From Podarcis filfolensis (Eukaryota): a DNA stretch of 64,000 nt. The notes beneath the pieces were generated by a model. The model worked only from the letters and a program-made list of their open reading frames with translations, did no database searches and was not told where the DNA came from. Below, in pieces: positions 52,468-64,000 of the stretch. Position numbers and translations under genes: made by a program. The first letter of the stretch is position 1, and each line of letters begins with the position of its first letter. The stretch is from assembly GCA_964270895.1 (NCBI GenBank), contig OZ185439.1; one strand, 5' to 3'.

Positions 52468-52730
52468 CCATATTTTTCGCCCTATAGGGCGCACCGGCCC
52501 ATAGGGCACACTTATTTTTTTGGGGGGGGGGGAATAAAGAAAAAAAATATTTCCCCCCTGAGCCCCAAAGAGCAAAGAAGCCATGACAGCGAGCGGGATG
52601 GATCCTGCTAGCTGTCTTGACTTCGTTTTTAGCCTCGGGGCTGGGGGTCCGGGAGCGAAAGTGAGGTTGCGCTCAACCTTGCCATCGCTCCCGGAGCTTG
52701 TGGGGCTGGGGGCAGGGGAAGCCCGGGCCA
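52468..52730. mobile_element. Truncated Tc2-like MITE (left TIR only)
   Basis: TA followed by CCATATTTTTCGCCCTATAGGGCGCACCGGCCCATAGG, as at 10451. No right TIR. Confidence 0.7.
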
Positions 52731-53423
52731 TGGCTCAGCATCTTTAGAGGTTAACTCCTGAACCTCTTTGAAGCTTGAAGGTTCCCACACCTTCTCTGAG
52801 CTACTAAGAACAGCAGTTGCTGTCTTAGCAAACTCATCAGCAAATCTCTTTGGAAGTTTGCAGAGTGGCGCAGTGGAAGCGTGCTGAGCCCATAACCTGT
52901 TGCTGGGATACTGCCAGGGAGACAGAGGCCATCAGGCAGCCTCATCAGGCAGGCCTCCATCGTCGTCTCTGGATGAACTCCAGACTCCCATCAGAACAGT
53001 ATCAGTCAATTAGCAACACGAGCTTCAGACACATTCCAAGACTCATGCACGCCCTTTTCGCAGAGTTTCCACAACGGAAGATTCACCCAGGAGAGCATGC
53101 TTTACAGTTTTATTCAACGTTGGTCAGAACAAAGGAAAAACATGACTGCTTGAGGAAACAGCCAGAACAAAAGCTATATACAAAACGGAAACTGTCTGTG
53201 AGCATGAAGTACGCAGGCTTGTGACACACAACAGCCTGCTCCCTTCTTAAGGTGGAACAGAAATATCCTAACAGATACTTCTCACAACAGTGAAACACAG
53301 ATCAGTATTAACATCACCCCACTGAAAATTGTTGAGGTGTTGGGAGAGAGTGGCTTGCCTAAACCATCTAGTGGAAGACTTCTCCCTCCACACACCCCAT
53401 TCCATGCAGAAGCTTCCCTAGTA

Positions 53424-53646
53424 CAGTGGTACTTCGGGTTACAGACGCTTCAGGTTACAGACTCCGCTAACCCAGAAATAGTACCTCAGGTTAAGAACTT
53501 TGCTTCAGGATGAGAACAGAAATCGTGTGGCGGTGCGGCGGCAGCAGGAGGCCCCATTAGCTAAAGTGGTATCTCAGGTTAAGAACAGTTTCAGATTAAG
53601 AACAGACCTCCAGAACGAATTAAGTTCTTAACCCGAGGTACCACTT
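53424..53646. mobile_element. pogo/Tigger-like MITE (same family as 30502-30734)
   Basis: TA-CAGTGGTACTTCGGGTT ... AACCCGAGGTACCACTT-TA. Confidence 0.85.
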
Positions 53647-53670
53647 TATATTGCAAACTGCCAAGGGTAC

Positions 53671-54253
53671 TGTGGCATTGCAGCATGGGACGGCCTGCTG
53701 CCTCCACAGACTCTTTGGCTGGGTCCTCAGCATAAAGGAGATGTAAAAAACCTCTTCTGCTGTCTGGGAAGCATATGAATTGGTTGCAAGTGGGCCAACA
53801 GCAGCCAGAACAAGGGGCGGGCATGTTCGGCAAGCAAGCCTGACTGGGTCCCTTGTAGTCTTCACTCAGGTCTGCTCCCAGAGTATATAAAGAGTGCCGG
53901 CCCCTCACACGGCACTTCAGTTTCACAGAATCTCCCTCCTAACTGCCCAACAGTTAGGCCAGCTCCTACCATTCTTGGGGGTAGCATTTGTTTCCTGACC
54001 TTGCTGTGAATTATGATTGGTTGCCATATTAGGGGCTGGGGAGGTATTTGTCTTTCTGGTCAGTTGGCCAACCTGAGGTTTTTGCCTACCTTGTAGCAAT
54101 TGTAACAACTTTGGTGGGTAAGGCATTGGGTAAAAAACCTGGTCATGGCCGGAGGGAAGGTTGTAAGTCCCTCCAAGGGAATTGAGTAACCCATTAAAGG
54201 GATCCTAGAGGAGGTGCTCCTGTCTGGATACCCAGGCAGGGTCTAGGGCCACA
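53671..54253 (+). mobile_element. Possible solo LTR
   Basis: TGTGGC...GCCACA inverted termini, a TATATAAA box near 53884 and ATTAAA near 54194. No TSD. Confidence 0.45.
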
Positions 54254-54368
54254 GCTCTCCTCAGTAGTGATCTGTGTGGGGAAGCACCTATTTGACATAT
54301 GTCATAGGATTTCCTCACCACTGGTTCAACCCCTTGGAGAATCAACCAACAGATGGGCTGGTTGAAAC

Positions 54369-54681
54369 AAGAAGAAGAAGAAGAAGAAGAAGAAGAAGAA
54401 GAAGAAGAAGAAGAAGAAGAAGAAGAAGAGGAGAGTTTGGATTTGATATCCCGCTTTATCACTACCCAAAGGAGTCTCAAAGTGGCTAACATTCTCCTTT
54501 CCCTTCCTCCCCCACAACAAACACTCTGTGAGGTGAGTGAGGCTGAGAGACTTCAGAGAAGTGTGACTAGCCCAAGGTCACCCAGCAGCTGCATGTGGGG
54601 GAGTGGGGGAGCGAACCCGGTTCACCAGATTACGAGTCCACTGCTCTTAACCACTACACTGGCTCTCTACACCACACTGGC
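54369..54681 (-). mobile_element. CORE/MIR-like tRNA SINE with a long (GAA)n tail
   Basis: Third copy of the family. The head end shows a short duplication (ctacac..actggc twice). Confidence 0.85.
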
Positions 54682-54953
54682 ATAGACATATACCCAATGT
54701 CTATGCCAAAACCACATCCATCTGGAATCAATAATGTTGTGGCTCAAGGGAAGAAAACTCATAGAAAACAGAGATACAAGCTGAAAGGCTAAGCCATACA
54801 GTCTATCATGGAAGGAATGCAGTAATAGGGTATTCTCTGTTTGGAGGTAACAGTAGAGAAAAGTGCTCCATGGATAATTTTAACAGGTAAGGAATTTCAA
54901 ATGCAGAATATAGCAGCACTCAAGCACGAGTTCTTCTGATGAGCTGGAAGGTT

Positions 54954-55010
54954 TTCAGACACTTTCAGTTTCTTCAGACACTTTCAGTTTCTTCAGACAC
55001 TTTCAGTTTC
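54954..55010. repeat. Tandem repeat, 3 x 19 bp (TTCAGACACTTTCAGTTTC)
   Basis: Three exact copies with no spacers. Confidence 0.9.
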
Positions 55011-55094
55011 TTTAGAACTGAGCTAATCTACTCCAGCAACAGGGAAAGGCATACTCTCCAACATTTCTCAAATGAAAATAGGGATGTCCTATTC

Positions 55095-55255
55095 CAGAAT
55101 AATCATAATAATTTTATTATTTGAACCCCACCCAGCTGACTGGGTTGCTCCAGCCACTCTGAGTGGCTTCTAACATATAAAAATAATAATAAAATACTAA
55201 ACATTAAAAAACTTCCCTGTACTGGGCTACGTTCAGATGTCTTCTAAAGGTTGTA
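55095..55255 (-). mobile_element. L2 3' end (diverged)
   Basis: ccagccactctgagtggcttc..aaaaacttccctg..ttcagatgtcttctaaa resembles 63140-63270. Confidence 0.65.
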
Positions 55256-55519
55256 CAGTGGTGCCTCGCAAGACGAAATTAATTCGTTCCGCGAGTCTTT
55301 TCGTCTTGCGCAGATTTTCGTCTTGCGAAGCACGGTCAGTCGCAACTGCACCTCTTCAAGCGGTTTTAAGAAAAAAGGAAACAAACTCGCAAGACGTGTT
55401 CATCTTGCGAAGCAAGCCCATAGGGAAAATCGTCTTGCGAAGCAACTCAAAAAACGAAAAACTCTTTCATCTTGCGAGTTTTTCGTCTTCCGAGGCATTC
55501 GTCTTGCGAGGTACCACTG
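55256..55519. mobile_element. pogo/Tigger-like MITE, second family
   Basis: TIRs CAGTGGTGCCTCGCAAGACG / CGTCTTGCGAGGTACCACTG; TA on both sides; internal tcttgcga repeats. Confidence 0.85.
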
Positions 55520-55601
55520 TATAGTTCTCATCTCCTTGGCTCATGGGTCACATAACTCCATACCTTCCAACATTCATCCAATGTAATTAGAGGCTTCCTA
55601 C

Positions 55602-55739
55602 CATACACTCCAACATTTCTCAGATGGAAATAGGGGCATTCTAAGGAAAAGTGGGACATTCTGGGATCAAATCAGAAACCAGTATGGCTTTTGTAAATCT
55701 GAGGCTGTCCCTGGAAAATAGGGACACTTGGAGGGTCTG
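55602..55739. mobile_element. Short MITE with CA(T/G)ACCCTCCAA-like termini
   Basis: catacactccaa ... ttggagggtctg inverted ends. Partial copies at 55050 and 55559. Confidence 0.55.
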
Positions 55740-56549
55740 GAAAGGACTGAGGCCTGCATATAGTTCTTTAGTTGAGATGGAAGAATCAATTAATGTTTCC
55801 AGAAAGAAATGTGGGAAGAAAATTACATATATATATATTTAAGCAGGTGTCTTCAGATGAAATTGTCTTGCTGTCTCCTTTGTACATTATCACTGACTGT
55901 AACGAATCAGCTGGAAGCTGGCTCTTGCCAATTTTGTTGACAGCTGGATGCAATTGCACCTCAGGATGAATGGCTGGAAGTTTTAATCACTGACACAGAG
56001 AAAGGTAAAAAGGCTAAATGTACTACTAAGGGTAAAAGTATGAAGTACTTTTATAAGCCAGGGAGATTTACCATGCTGATATATGATGTGTACTATCTTC
56101 CACTCTACTGCTTCCAAGACCTCTGCTGTTCTCAGTGCAACCACGTTGTGGAAGCGTGTTCCCTTACGCACGTGCAATTTTCGGCGCATAACTATATGAA
56201 ATGACACATACAACTGAGGTTACACAAATACATCCCGCAAACATTAAGGCCAGATGTTCTATAGTTTTTGCTTCATGAGCCTGTGCAGCTGTAGCCATAT
56301 GGCAGATCCTAGAGCCTGGCCTCTCAAGCAGAATTAACATTTTTCAATAAATAATAGCACTGCAGTTTCCCAGCATTGACAGTTTCAGAGGAAATTCTGA
56401 ATTAGTTTCTGATAAGCGATGGCAAAACAAAGTTAGGCGGGTGAGGCTTTTTCATTCCAAGTGGGTATTTCTCACAAACTGCAACTGCTGTCCCCAAACC
56501 TTTTCAAATGCCCTCCTTCCTGCCCAATACACCTTTCTTCATGTTTACA

Positions 56550-57373
56550 GATCAAGGTTGAATCCTGACAAGACAGAAGTACTGTTTTGGGGGGTCAGGA
56601 GGCGGGCAGGTGTGGAGGACTCCCTGGTCCTGAATGGGGTAACTGTGCCCCTGAAGGACCTGGTGCACAGCCTGGGAGTCATTTTGGACTCACAGCTGTC
56701 CATGGAGGCACAGGTTAATTTGGTGTCCAGGGCAGCTGTTTACCAGCTCCATCTGGTACGCAGGCTGAGACCCTAGCTGCCAGCGGACTGTCTTGCCAGA
56801 GTGGTGCGTGCTCTAGTTATCTCTCGCTTGGATTACTGCAGTGCGCTCTATGTGGGGCTACCTTTGAAGGTGACCTGGAAACTACAACTAATCCAGAATG
56901 CGGCAGCTAGATTGGTGACTGGAAGCAGCCGCCGAGACCACATAACACCGGTCTTGAAAGACCTACATTGGCTCCCAGTACATTTCCAAGCACAATTCAA
57001 AGTGTTGGTGCTGACCTTTAAAGCCCTAAACGGCCTCAGTCCAGTTTAGCTAAAGGAGCGTCTCCACCCCATCATTCTGCTTGGACACTGAGGTCCAGCG
57101 CCGAGGGCCTTCTGGCGGTTCCCTCCCTGCGGGAAGCGAAGTTACAGGGAACCAGGCAGAGGGCCTTCTCAGTAGTGGCGCCCACCCTGTGGAACGCCCT
57201 CCCATCAGATGTCAAGGAAATAAACAACTACTAGACTTTTAGGAGACATCTGAAGGCAGCCCTGTTTAGGGAAGCTTTTAATGCTTGATTGACTATTGTA
57301 TTTTAATATTTTGTTGGAAGCCGCCCAGAGTGGCTGGGGAAACCCAGCCGGATGGGCGGGGTATAAATAATAA

Positions 57374-57418
<45 letters not shown>

Positions 57419-57419
57419 T
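56550..57419 (+). mobile_element. 5'-truncated L2 LINE with (TTA)n tail, antisense to GRID1
   Basis: RLNPDKTEVL..LGVILDSQLSME..SRLDYC..LQLIQNAAARL..HITPVLKDLHWLP..LWNALP, with in-frame stops. The tail ends about 45 bp from the exon donor at 57464. Confidence 0.92.
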
Positions 57420-57462
57420 AAATGTTCAGGTTTCTCAGCTATGTGGTAGGGAAAAGCTCTTA

Positions 57463-57681
<219 letters not shown>

Positions 57682-60600
57682 TTATCTGTTAGCATTCTAA
57701 GCCCACAATGTTTGTATTTTAATGAACATCATCATAAAAAAGCTGGATGTACACACACACAAAAAGAAACACACATTTACATAATTGTGGGAATTAAAAG
57801 ACAAAATGCTACAGTTCTGCGAACTCTGTACCATGTGATCTGTCTGCTTGTGTAGATCAAGTTTTACACTACAGGTTGAAGGTTGTATATTTGAATACAT
57901 GGCCATGGTGGGTGGAAGCCACACGCCATGACAAAAATGTGCATGTTAGGGAGTTTAATAGTCTGCATCCCAATCCCTGAGATAACTAGTTTTTAAGGGC
58001 AGGGAGGTATATTCAACTATAGAGTAATATTTAACCATCGGAGAACCTATTTGTCATTTGTCCCACCACCTCTTGCTAGGTGAGTTAAATGAATGTGTAA
58101 ATTGGCTCTGAAATTCCCAAGTGGTTTACTGAAACATAACCGAAAACATCAAAACATTAATGACATATTTTTATTGCTTCTTCTTGGTTTATAGCACTCC
58201 TTGTAACATGTCTAAAAGTAGACACTGGACCTGCACGTGCCTCATGGGCATTTTACTAATATAAACATGTTCTTCATCAAAATTTGGACATACTGAGGCA
58301 AATACATATTTGACCTGGGAATGTTCAGAACCCTTCTGAGAAGTTTCCCTGGTCCTGTCAACATTGTGATTTCCTCAAAATCCCCCAAAAGCTTTGGGAA
58401 ACTTTCCAATTGTGCTTTGCATCCCGTTTTAGAAGTAATCCACTAAAAGCTGGAACTCACTGAGGAGTGTCCACAGTTTTAGTGAAACTCTTTTGGCTTC
58501 TCCTAAAATTCAGAAAGATTTTGCTTGTTAAGAAGCTAAATTCACTTCAGATCTTGATGGCAACTCTATTGGGCACAACCCAAAGAAAAACATTTCCCAC
58601 AGACGTGTTTCCTCAGTGCGTTGTCAAAAATCACCATGTAATGGGACAAACTGGTTGTGCGAAACCATATTTAGGGTGAGTGAAACATCACATTTATTTA
58701 TTTACTGCATTCATATCCCACAGTTAGAAAGGAAAGTGTAATGGTGTAGGAAGCAAAAAGCTGAAAATCCCCATACTATACTATAGAAAACTATACAAGC
58801 CTGACCAAAACTAATCACCCCAAGCAATGATGGTGACGTTAGTTATTTATTAAGATAAAATAAATTATGAGCAAGAGACTATGGCGTTAGTTATATCATT
58901 TCTTGATCTGTTTTTAAATCATTTATGGGGATAGATGATTCCTACACAATTGTGCTTCTCCTTTAATTCAAAGGCACATTCGCCATCAGTCGATCTTTGA
59001 TTACACCTGTTGTTGGTTGCTTAATTTAAAGTGCCTCTTTTTTATATTACTGAAGCTTGTGAGACAACTATCTCAATGAGACCACATTTAGTGGGCAAAG
59101 TTTCCCATTAAAAGTTTTGCATCTTGCTCCTCTCCCAATTTCTTTTCTAACAACCTTGCAAGATGTATCCTTATAATTAGGGGGGGGGGATTACTTCCAT
59201 GCGGTAATCAACAAAATTCAGCTTGAAATGCAAGACTTCAAATGAAGTCAGTTGACAAAAGAACACATTCGGGAATAATCTAGAAAAGAAGAAGAAGATC
59301 TCTACAATTCTATTTGTTTTGGTTACAGATTTGCTTATCTCTAACTTTGAAATTAAAGGGCCAAAGATTTTAATATGTAGCTGGATCATTCCTATTAACT
59401 TGTGGAAGGTTAAGGAATAATGGAACAAGCTCTAATCTACTCTTCACATTATTATTTACCAGACACTAGGCAGGGTAGGACCATCGTTGTCTTTATTTAC
59501 TATTTATGGAATTTACAAATGGAATTTGATCTGATCCAGTGACGTAGCGTTTACATTCTTAGGAGTCTGCTTCACTGCATGATGAGATGCTGCCGGCTAC
59601 ATCATGCATTGAACTCACTCCCCCCCCCCCAGTAGGAGCACAGGCTGAAAATAGGTATAATACTGACACTGCAAAAAGAGTGCAGCAGTTAGGGAGGGAC
59701 GTCCTTTTAGTGTTGAATGCCACAGTGGACCCTGCACTCCATGGAAAATTCCTCTTGCCCTTTAACCTCTGCTCTTTCAGTCACTGATCTGATTCACATA
59801 CAGAGTTCAGCTACGAGAACAACAAAATAATGTGGTGAGGATTTTCTGAATGTTTAAAACATGGATGGAGGAGGAATTAAACAGATTTATACACTGAATC
59901 TGGCAGTTTCACTCTGACCGAGTCTTGTTTACATCGGACTGCCTATTTTACTGAGTGCCCTCTAATACCTCAGCAGCTCATTCATAGTCATCTACATTTC
60001 TGCAGCATAATTCTGTAACTGTATTAAGACATACATGTTATTTCAGAGGAAACCTGGGTTGTATATGTATAACATATGTGAGAGCTGTTGGGGATTCTTC
60101 TGCTCTAGTAGCTTAGCTCAAAGAGGCAAGGTAGCTTATGCGTTTGAGACAGACCTTGTATCAGAAAATTTATTTCAGAGGCTCAGCTAGCTTTTATAGG
60201 GCAATGCACATCAACTGGAGCTACAGTTAGCAGCTCCTGACCGCTGCGAGTAATTTTTACTCCAGTCACTTTTCAAAATGTTCACCTGCACTTAAGACTA
60301 ATGGCACTTAAGGCTTTTTTAAAGCCACAAAGCATATATACTACAACAATTTGCTATAAATATAAATATATATAGTGGGGGGAAACCTCAGCACATTTAC
60401 ATAAGCCATAAAATACTACCCTCCTAATGTCCTAAAATAACAAACAAACCATATTTATATGGGTGTTTTCAAAAGTAGAATAATTTATATGTGGGGGTAT
60501 TGTTTTTATTTGTTTCTGTATTATGTATTACTGCCTTTTTATATTGTAAACCACCCTGCGAAGGGTGGTATAGAAATTTAATAAAGAATAATAAAATCAT

Positions 60601-60985
60601 TTCGTGTTCGTGCACAAGTATATAATTTGGCACAAACAGGTTATTTTGGGTCAGCTTAAAAGACCAACATAGTGTTTTGTGTATCACTGCCCTAGAATAC
60701 TACTTTTAAAGTGTGAGGGAGAAATAAAATAACAACAACTAAAAATGAGACTTTAACCAGCAGCTTGGAGCACAGAAATATACATGTTTTGTGTGCTGTG
60801 AAATCACGTTATGTCAACTCAAAGTGTATTGTCAGTAGCAAAACAAGTTCTGTAATGTACCCTTCAAGCAGTTATTTGCAAAAGGTTAGTCCACGGCCTA
60901 CCCTTTTGTGCTGAGACTGAAAAGTAGTGAATAGCCATCAGTACTGTGGTTTTTTTGTCAGACAGAAAAATACTTGACCAAGTAC

Positions 60986-61310
60986 CTTGCTGAACAAAGG
61001 CCCCGTACACAATCCAAATGGCACTGTGAAGTGTGGAGGAAGCGGAGGCAGTGGACTGGGAAGAGTTCTGGGCTCTTACTGCTTGGATTCGGTTCAGCAC
61101 AAATATCAGAACGCCAACAACAGGGATGGCCGCAGCGATGCAAGCCCACACCGCAAAATCAAAGGGGGCAAAGAGAGAAAAGATGTTGATCTTCTCTTCT
61201 GGTTTCTTGATCAGGATTCCTACAGAATAATCCATATAGCGCTTGCTGAAGTCTACAACACTCTCCCGTTCCGGTGTGATAGTGATGGCGGAGATGGCCA
61301 AGTCAGCTCT
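60986..61310 (-). CDS. GRID1: GluD1 coding exon (equivalent to human exon 11): end of S1, M1, M2 re-entrant loop; [109 protein letters not shown]
   Basis: Acceptor tttgcag|AGAGCT at 61310 and donor CAAG|gtactt at 60986; 325 bp. The peptide matches GluD1 as recalled ([13 protein letters not shown], versus PDRENVVDFTTRY in GluD2). Confidence 0.97.
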
Positions 61311-62762
61311 CTGCAAAGGGAACAGAAACAATGGTCAGAGCCTTTCCTGGTCCAGCGGAACTGTCTGCCATTCATCAGCAAAGGAAAGATGGGAAGGAGG
61401 GAGAAAAACTGCTAGGTTCTGCTCCGAAAAAGTTATGGCGGAGAGGGGGAAAAACAAGCCCCACTCCACCAAAGACCAGGACTAGATGCAGCAATCCACT
61501 CTGGCTATTTGTAAAAAGGAAAAAAAAATTGCATATCTAGCCCTGCCATGCTGCAGGGTGAGGTGACTGGTGTCAGGAAGCACCACAGAGCTGGTAATAG
61601 ATGAACTGGTGTCTAAATGGTGCCGTAAGGCTTTTTAAAGCAAGGAAGGGATGCCATCTGAGCTCCGCTTCAGGCAACAAAACATATTGGACTGGCGCTG
61701 GCCTCTGCATATTTTAAGTCCTTCAGAATGAAGAAGGGCTGGGGACATTATCACTGGTGTGGACACAGATTCTGGTGGGGGAAGGATGCGATGCCCTGCT
61801 TAGCATGAGGGCAGCGAGTTAGTTAACTTTGGGTGGAAATTCTCCTGTTTCTTTCTTAGGCTGCAGGTGATGGCATGAAGGTTTCAATGTTCTACCATTA
61901 TAAAACTAAGAAAGAAAGAAACAGATTTTCTACCCATAGAAAACTAGAATACCACTGGGAGCCTTTCTCTCTTGCCTGCTACTTTTCTGTGTAGGGGAGA
62001 GGGCGTTGTGAAGAACATTCAGACTAAATGGTAAAGTCCGGGGGGAGGGGGGGGAGAGAATGCACAACATGATTTTGTTGTGTATGCAAATGAACTATAA
62101 TTGCAGGACCCTTATCCATTCAAATAAATTTCAGTACCCAAGGTCTGGGATTCAAAAGGCTGGGATGTGCTGAGTGGAACTGCGACTATTGACTGCTCCA
62201 AGTCAAACGGTAGGTCAGCCTATGTCATAACAAAGCTCCTTTGGAAAGTCTCCACCTTGTCCACAAATACCTTCCCATCTGCGGCATATGTGGGGCTGCT
62301 CTTTGAAAAACACAATTCCAAAACCACTCTAGATGTGCAAAACATTTCACTGAACCATTATGAAGAAGAAAGCACAGGGTGCTGGTGATTGCTTATTACT
62401 GCATACAACTCACTGTATGAACTATTCATCTTATGTGCTAACTTGTTTTTGTACGCACTGTACCCTACATCAATGCATGAATTGTGCTGCAATGATGAAT
62501 AGAAATGAACAATTAGAAACAAGGTGGAGAAGTTTGCATTCCTAAAACGATTTTGCTGTGAAGAATAAGATGCTGATGGTGTCCCTTTAACACTTAGCAG
62601 GAAATGGACAGAGGAGCCCCATAGTCCTGCCCAGGAATTCTGCCTGTGTGTAGGATTTGCATATGAGCTCTATACCCACTCCCACTTCCACTTGTGGAAG
62701 GTGATGGACTAAAGCAGGGAGCTTCTCTGAGGCCTCCCACCACACAGCTTCTCCCTATACAA

Positions 62763-62900
62763 CAGCCTTTCTCAATCTTGGGTTCCCAGATGTTATTGGA
62801 CTACAACTCCCATCCTCCCTAGCTAGCAGGATCAGTGGTCAGGGATGATGGGAACTGTAGTCCAAAAACTGCAGGAGGCCCAAGCTTGGGAAACCCCCTT
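62763..62900. mobile_element. Palindromic hAT-type MITE
   Basis: cagcctttctcaatcttggg..ctacaactcccatc..agggatgatgggaactgtag. Confidence 0.7.
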
Positions 62901-63087
62901 GTTGAGGGTTGAGAAAGGCTGCTCTACAACTTGGAGGTGGAGCTTTGCATACCCAGCCCTGCTCATGTGTAGCTTTTTTCACATGTGCAAAACAGTCTAT
63001 CCTGAATTGCTCCCAAAGCAGACTGATTTTCTGAGGACTGAGTGTGTTATTTCAAAGCAACAAACAAAGAACAAAGGTGACATGAAC

Positions 63088-63131
<44 letters not shown>

Positions 63132-63335
63132 TAATTCTACTCCGCCTATCTGGCTGGGTTTCCCCAGCCACTCTGGGCGGCTTTCAACAGAACATTAAAA
63201 ACAGAATAAAACTTCAAACATTAAAAGCTTCCCTAAACAGGGCTGCCTTCAGATTTCTCCTAAAAGTCTGGTAGTTGTTTATTTCCTAGACATCTGATGG
63301 GAGGGTGTTCCATAGGGCGGGCGCCACTACCGAGA
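63088..63335 (-). mobile_element. L2 3' end with (AAT)n tail, same subfamily as 56550-57419
   Basis: Its reverse complement aligns with 57167-57417 along its whole length. Confidence 0.85.
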
Positions 63336-64000
63336 TGCTTTGAAATAGTGATAAGATTAAGGATATTCCTGTACAGCATTACAGCAATAACAGTTTTTTG
63401 ATGTTATGTTTTGCTTTCATTTGCATCTTAAACTTTCTCTGAGCAGAAATGCTAGGTGACAAGCAATACAGTATAACGCAATAGAGCAAAAGTATTTGGA
63501 AATGGCCACACCATTGAATATAAATGCCTAAGATTTCATTCTATCGCTATGACAATGTTCAACCTCGGTCAGAAATGAAGTGATGTTTCCTACAAAATAT
63601 ATTCCAGCATCTGTGCTCCTAAGGATTAAATGGTGAAATCTGTTCCGCTTTGCTTTAAGCAGCGTTCACTTAATCCAAGTGAACACAAGTGCCCCCAAAT
63701 CAGTTGCGACTCAATCACTTTGAGATGTGTTTTCCATTTTCTACATTTTAAAAGTCTCTCTCTCTCTTTTTAAGGCAAAACTATAACTTGCTCTTTGGGA
63801 AACCACTCAACTGTTCATTATAAAATAGCATTACTATAAAAAGCATGCATCTAGCCCACTTGGAAATCAAGGTGGAGTGGCTTTTAGTAAGAAAGCGATA
63901 GCAGAAAGGATGCCATAAAGCATGTAAGGGGAATTCGTAGTCTGCTGTTGTGTGCATATAATGTACACCCCTATTTGTAAGTTCCATCCTTTAGCCATTT

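Noticed and set aside
54954-55010. CRISPR-like array
   Set aside because: Head-to-tail repeats with no spacers, in a vertebrate genome.
60400-61000. Q/R-type editing at the CAG codon of FVQQG, with an intronic editing-complementary sequence
   Set aside because: No convincing complement of the exon end was visible in the adjacent intron, and I know of no such editing for GluD1.
60864-61331. The 155-aa ORF taken as a whole gene
   Set aside because: Both ends run past clear splice sites. Only 60986-61310 is exon.
60987-61415. Antisense ORFs over GRID1 exons (also 8442-8696 and 28332-28565)
   Set aside because: These are shadow frames of the real exons with no recognisable protein features.

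Overview
This is vertebrate genomic DNA, most likely from a lacertid lizard (inferred from Sauria-type SINEs and other squamate repeat families). The whole window lies inside one gene on the minus strand, GRID1 (ionotropic glutamate receptor delta-1, GluD1). Five internal coding exons were located by hand: 61310-60986 (325 bp), 57602-57464 (139 bp, [10 protein letters not shown]3, missed by the ORF track), 28437-28242 (196 bp), 11885-11719 (167 bp) and 8706-8466 (241 bp). All have GT-AG boundaries and splice into one continuous frame covering the end of S1, M1-M3, S2 and M4. The upstream exons and the terminal exon lie outside the window. The introns are dense in transposable elements: L2 and L1 LINE fragments, a young 5'-truncated non-LTR element with an open ORF and a 13-bp TSD, solo LTRs (one nested), Sauria and CORE-like SINEs, and hAT, pogo/Tigger and Tc2-like MITEs. 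I found no evidence of a new protein-coding system. The most interesting observations are structural. (1) A 248-bp near-perfect palindrome extends 56 bp beyond the ends of a hAT MITE. (2) An internal L1 reverse-transcriptase fragment with no 3' tail is flanked by a 16-bp direct repeat. (3) An inverted L2 pair brackets the two pore-encoding exons, a circRNA-type configuration. (4) A cluster of amino-acid differences lies in the S2 helix J/K region. Repeat family names and comparisons with mammalian GluD1 come from memory and need database confirmation.
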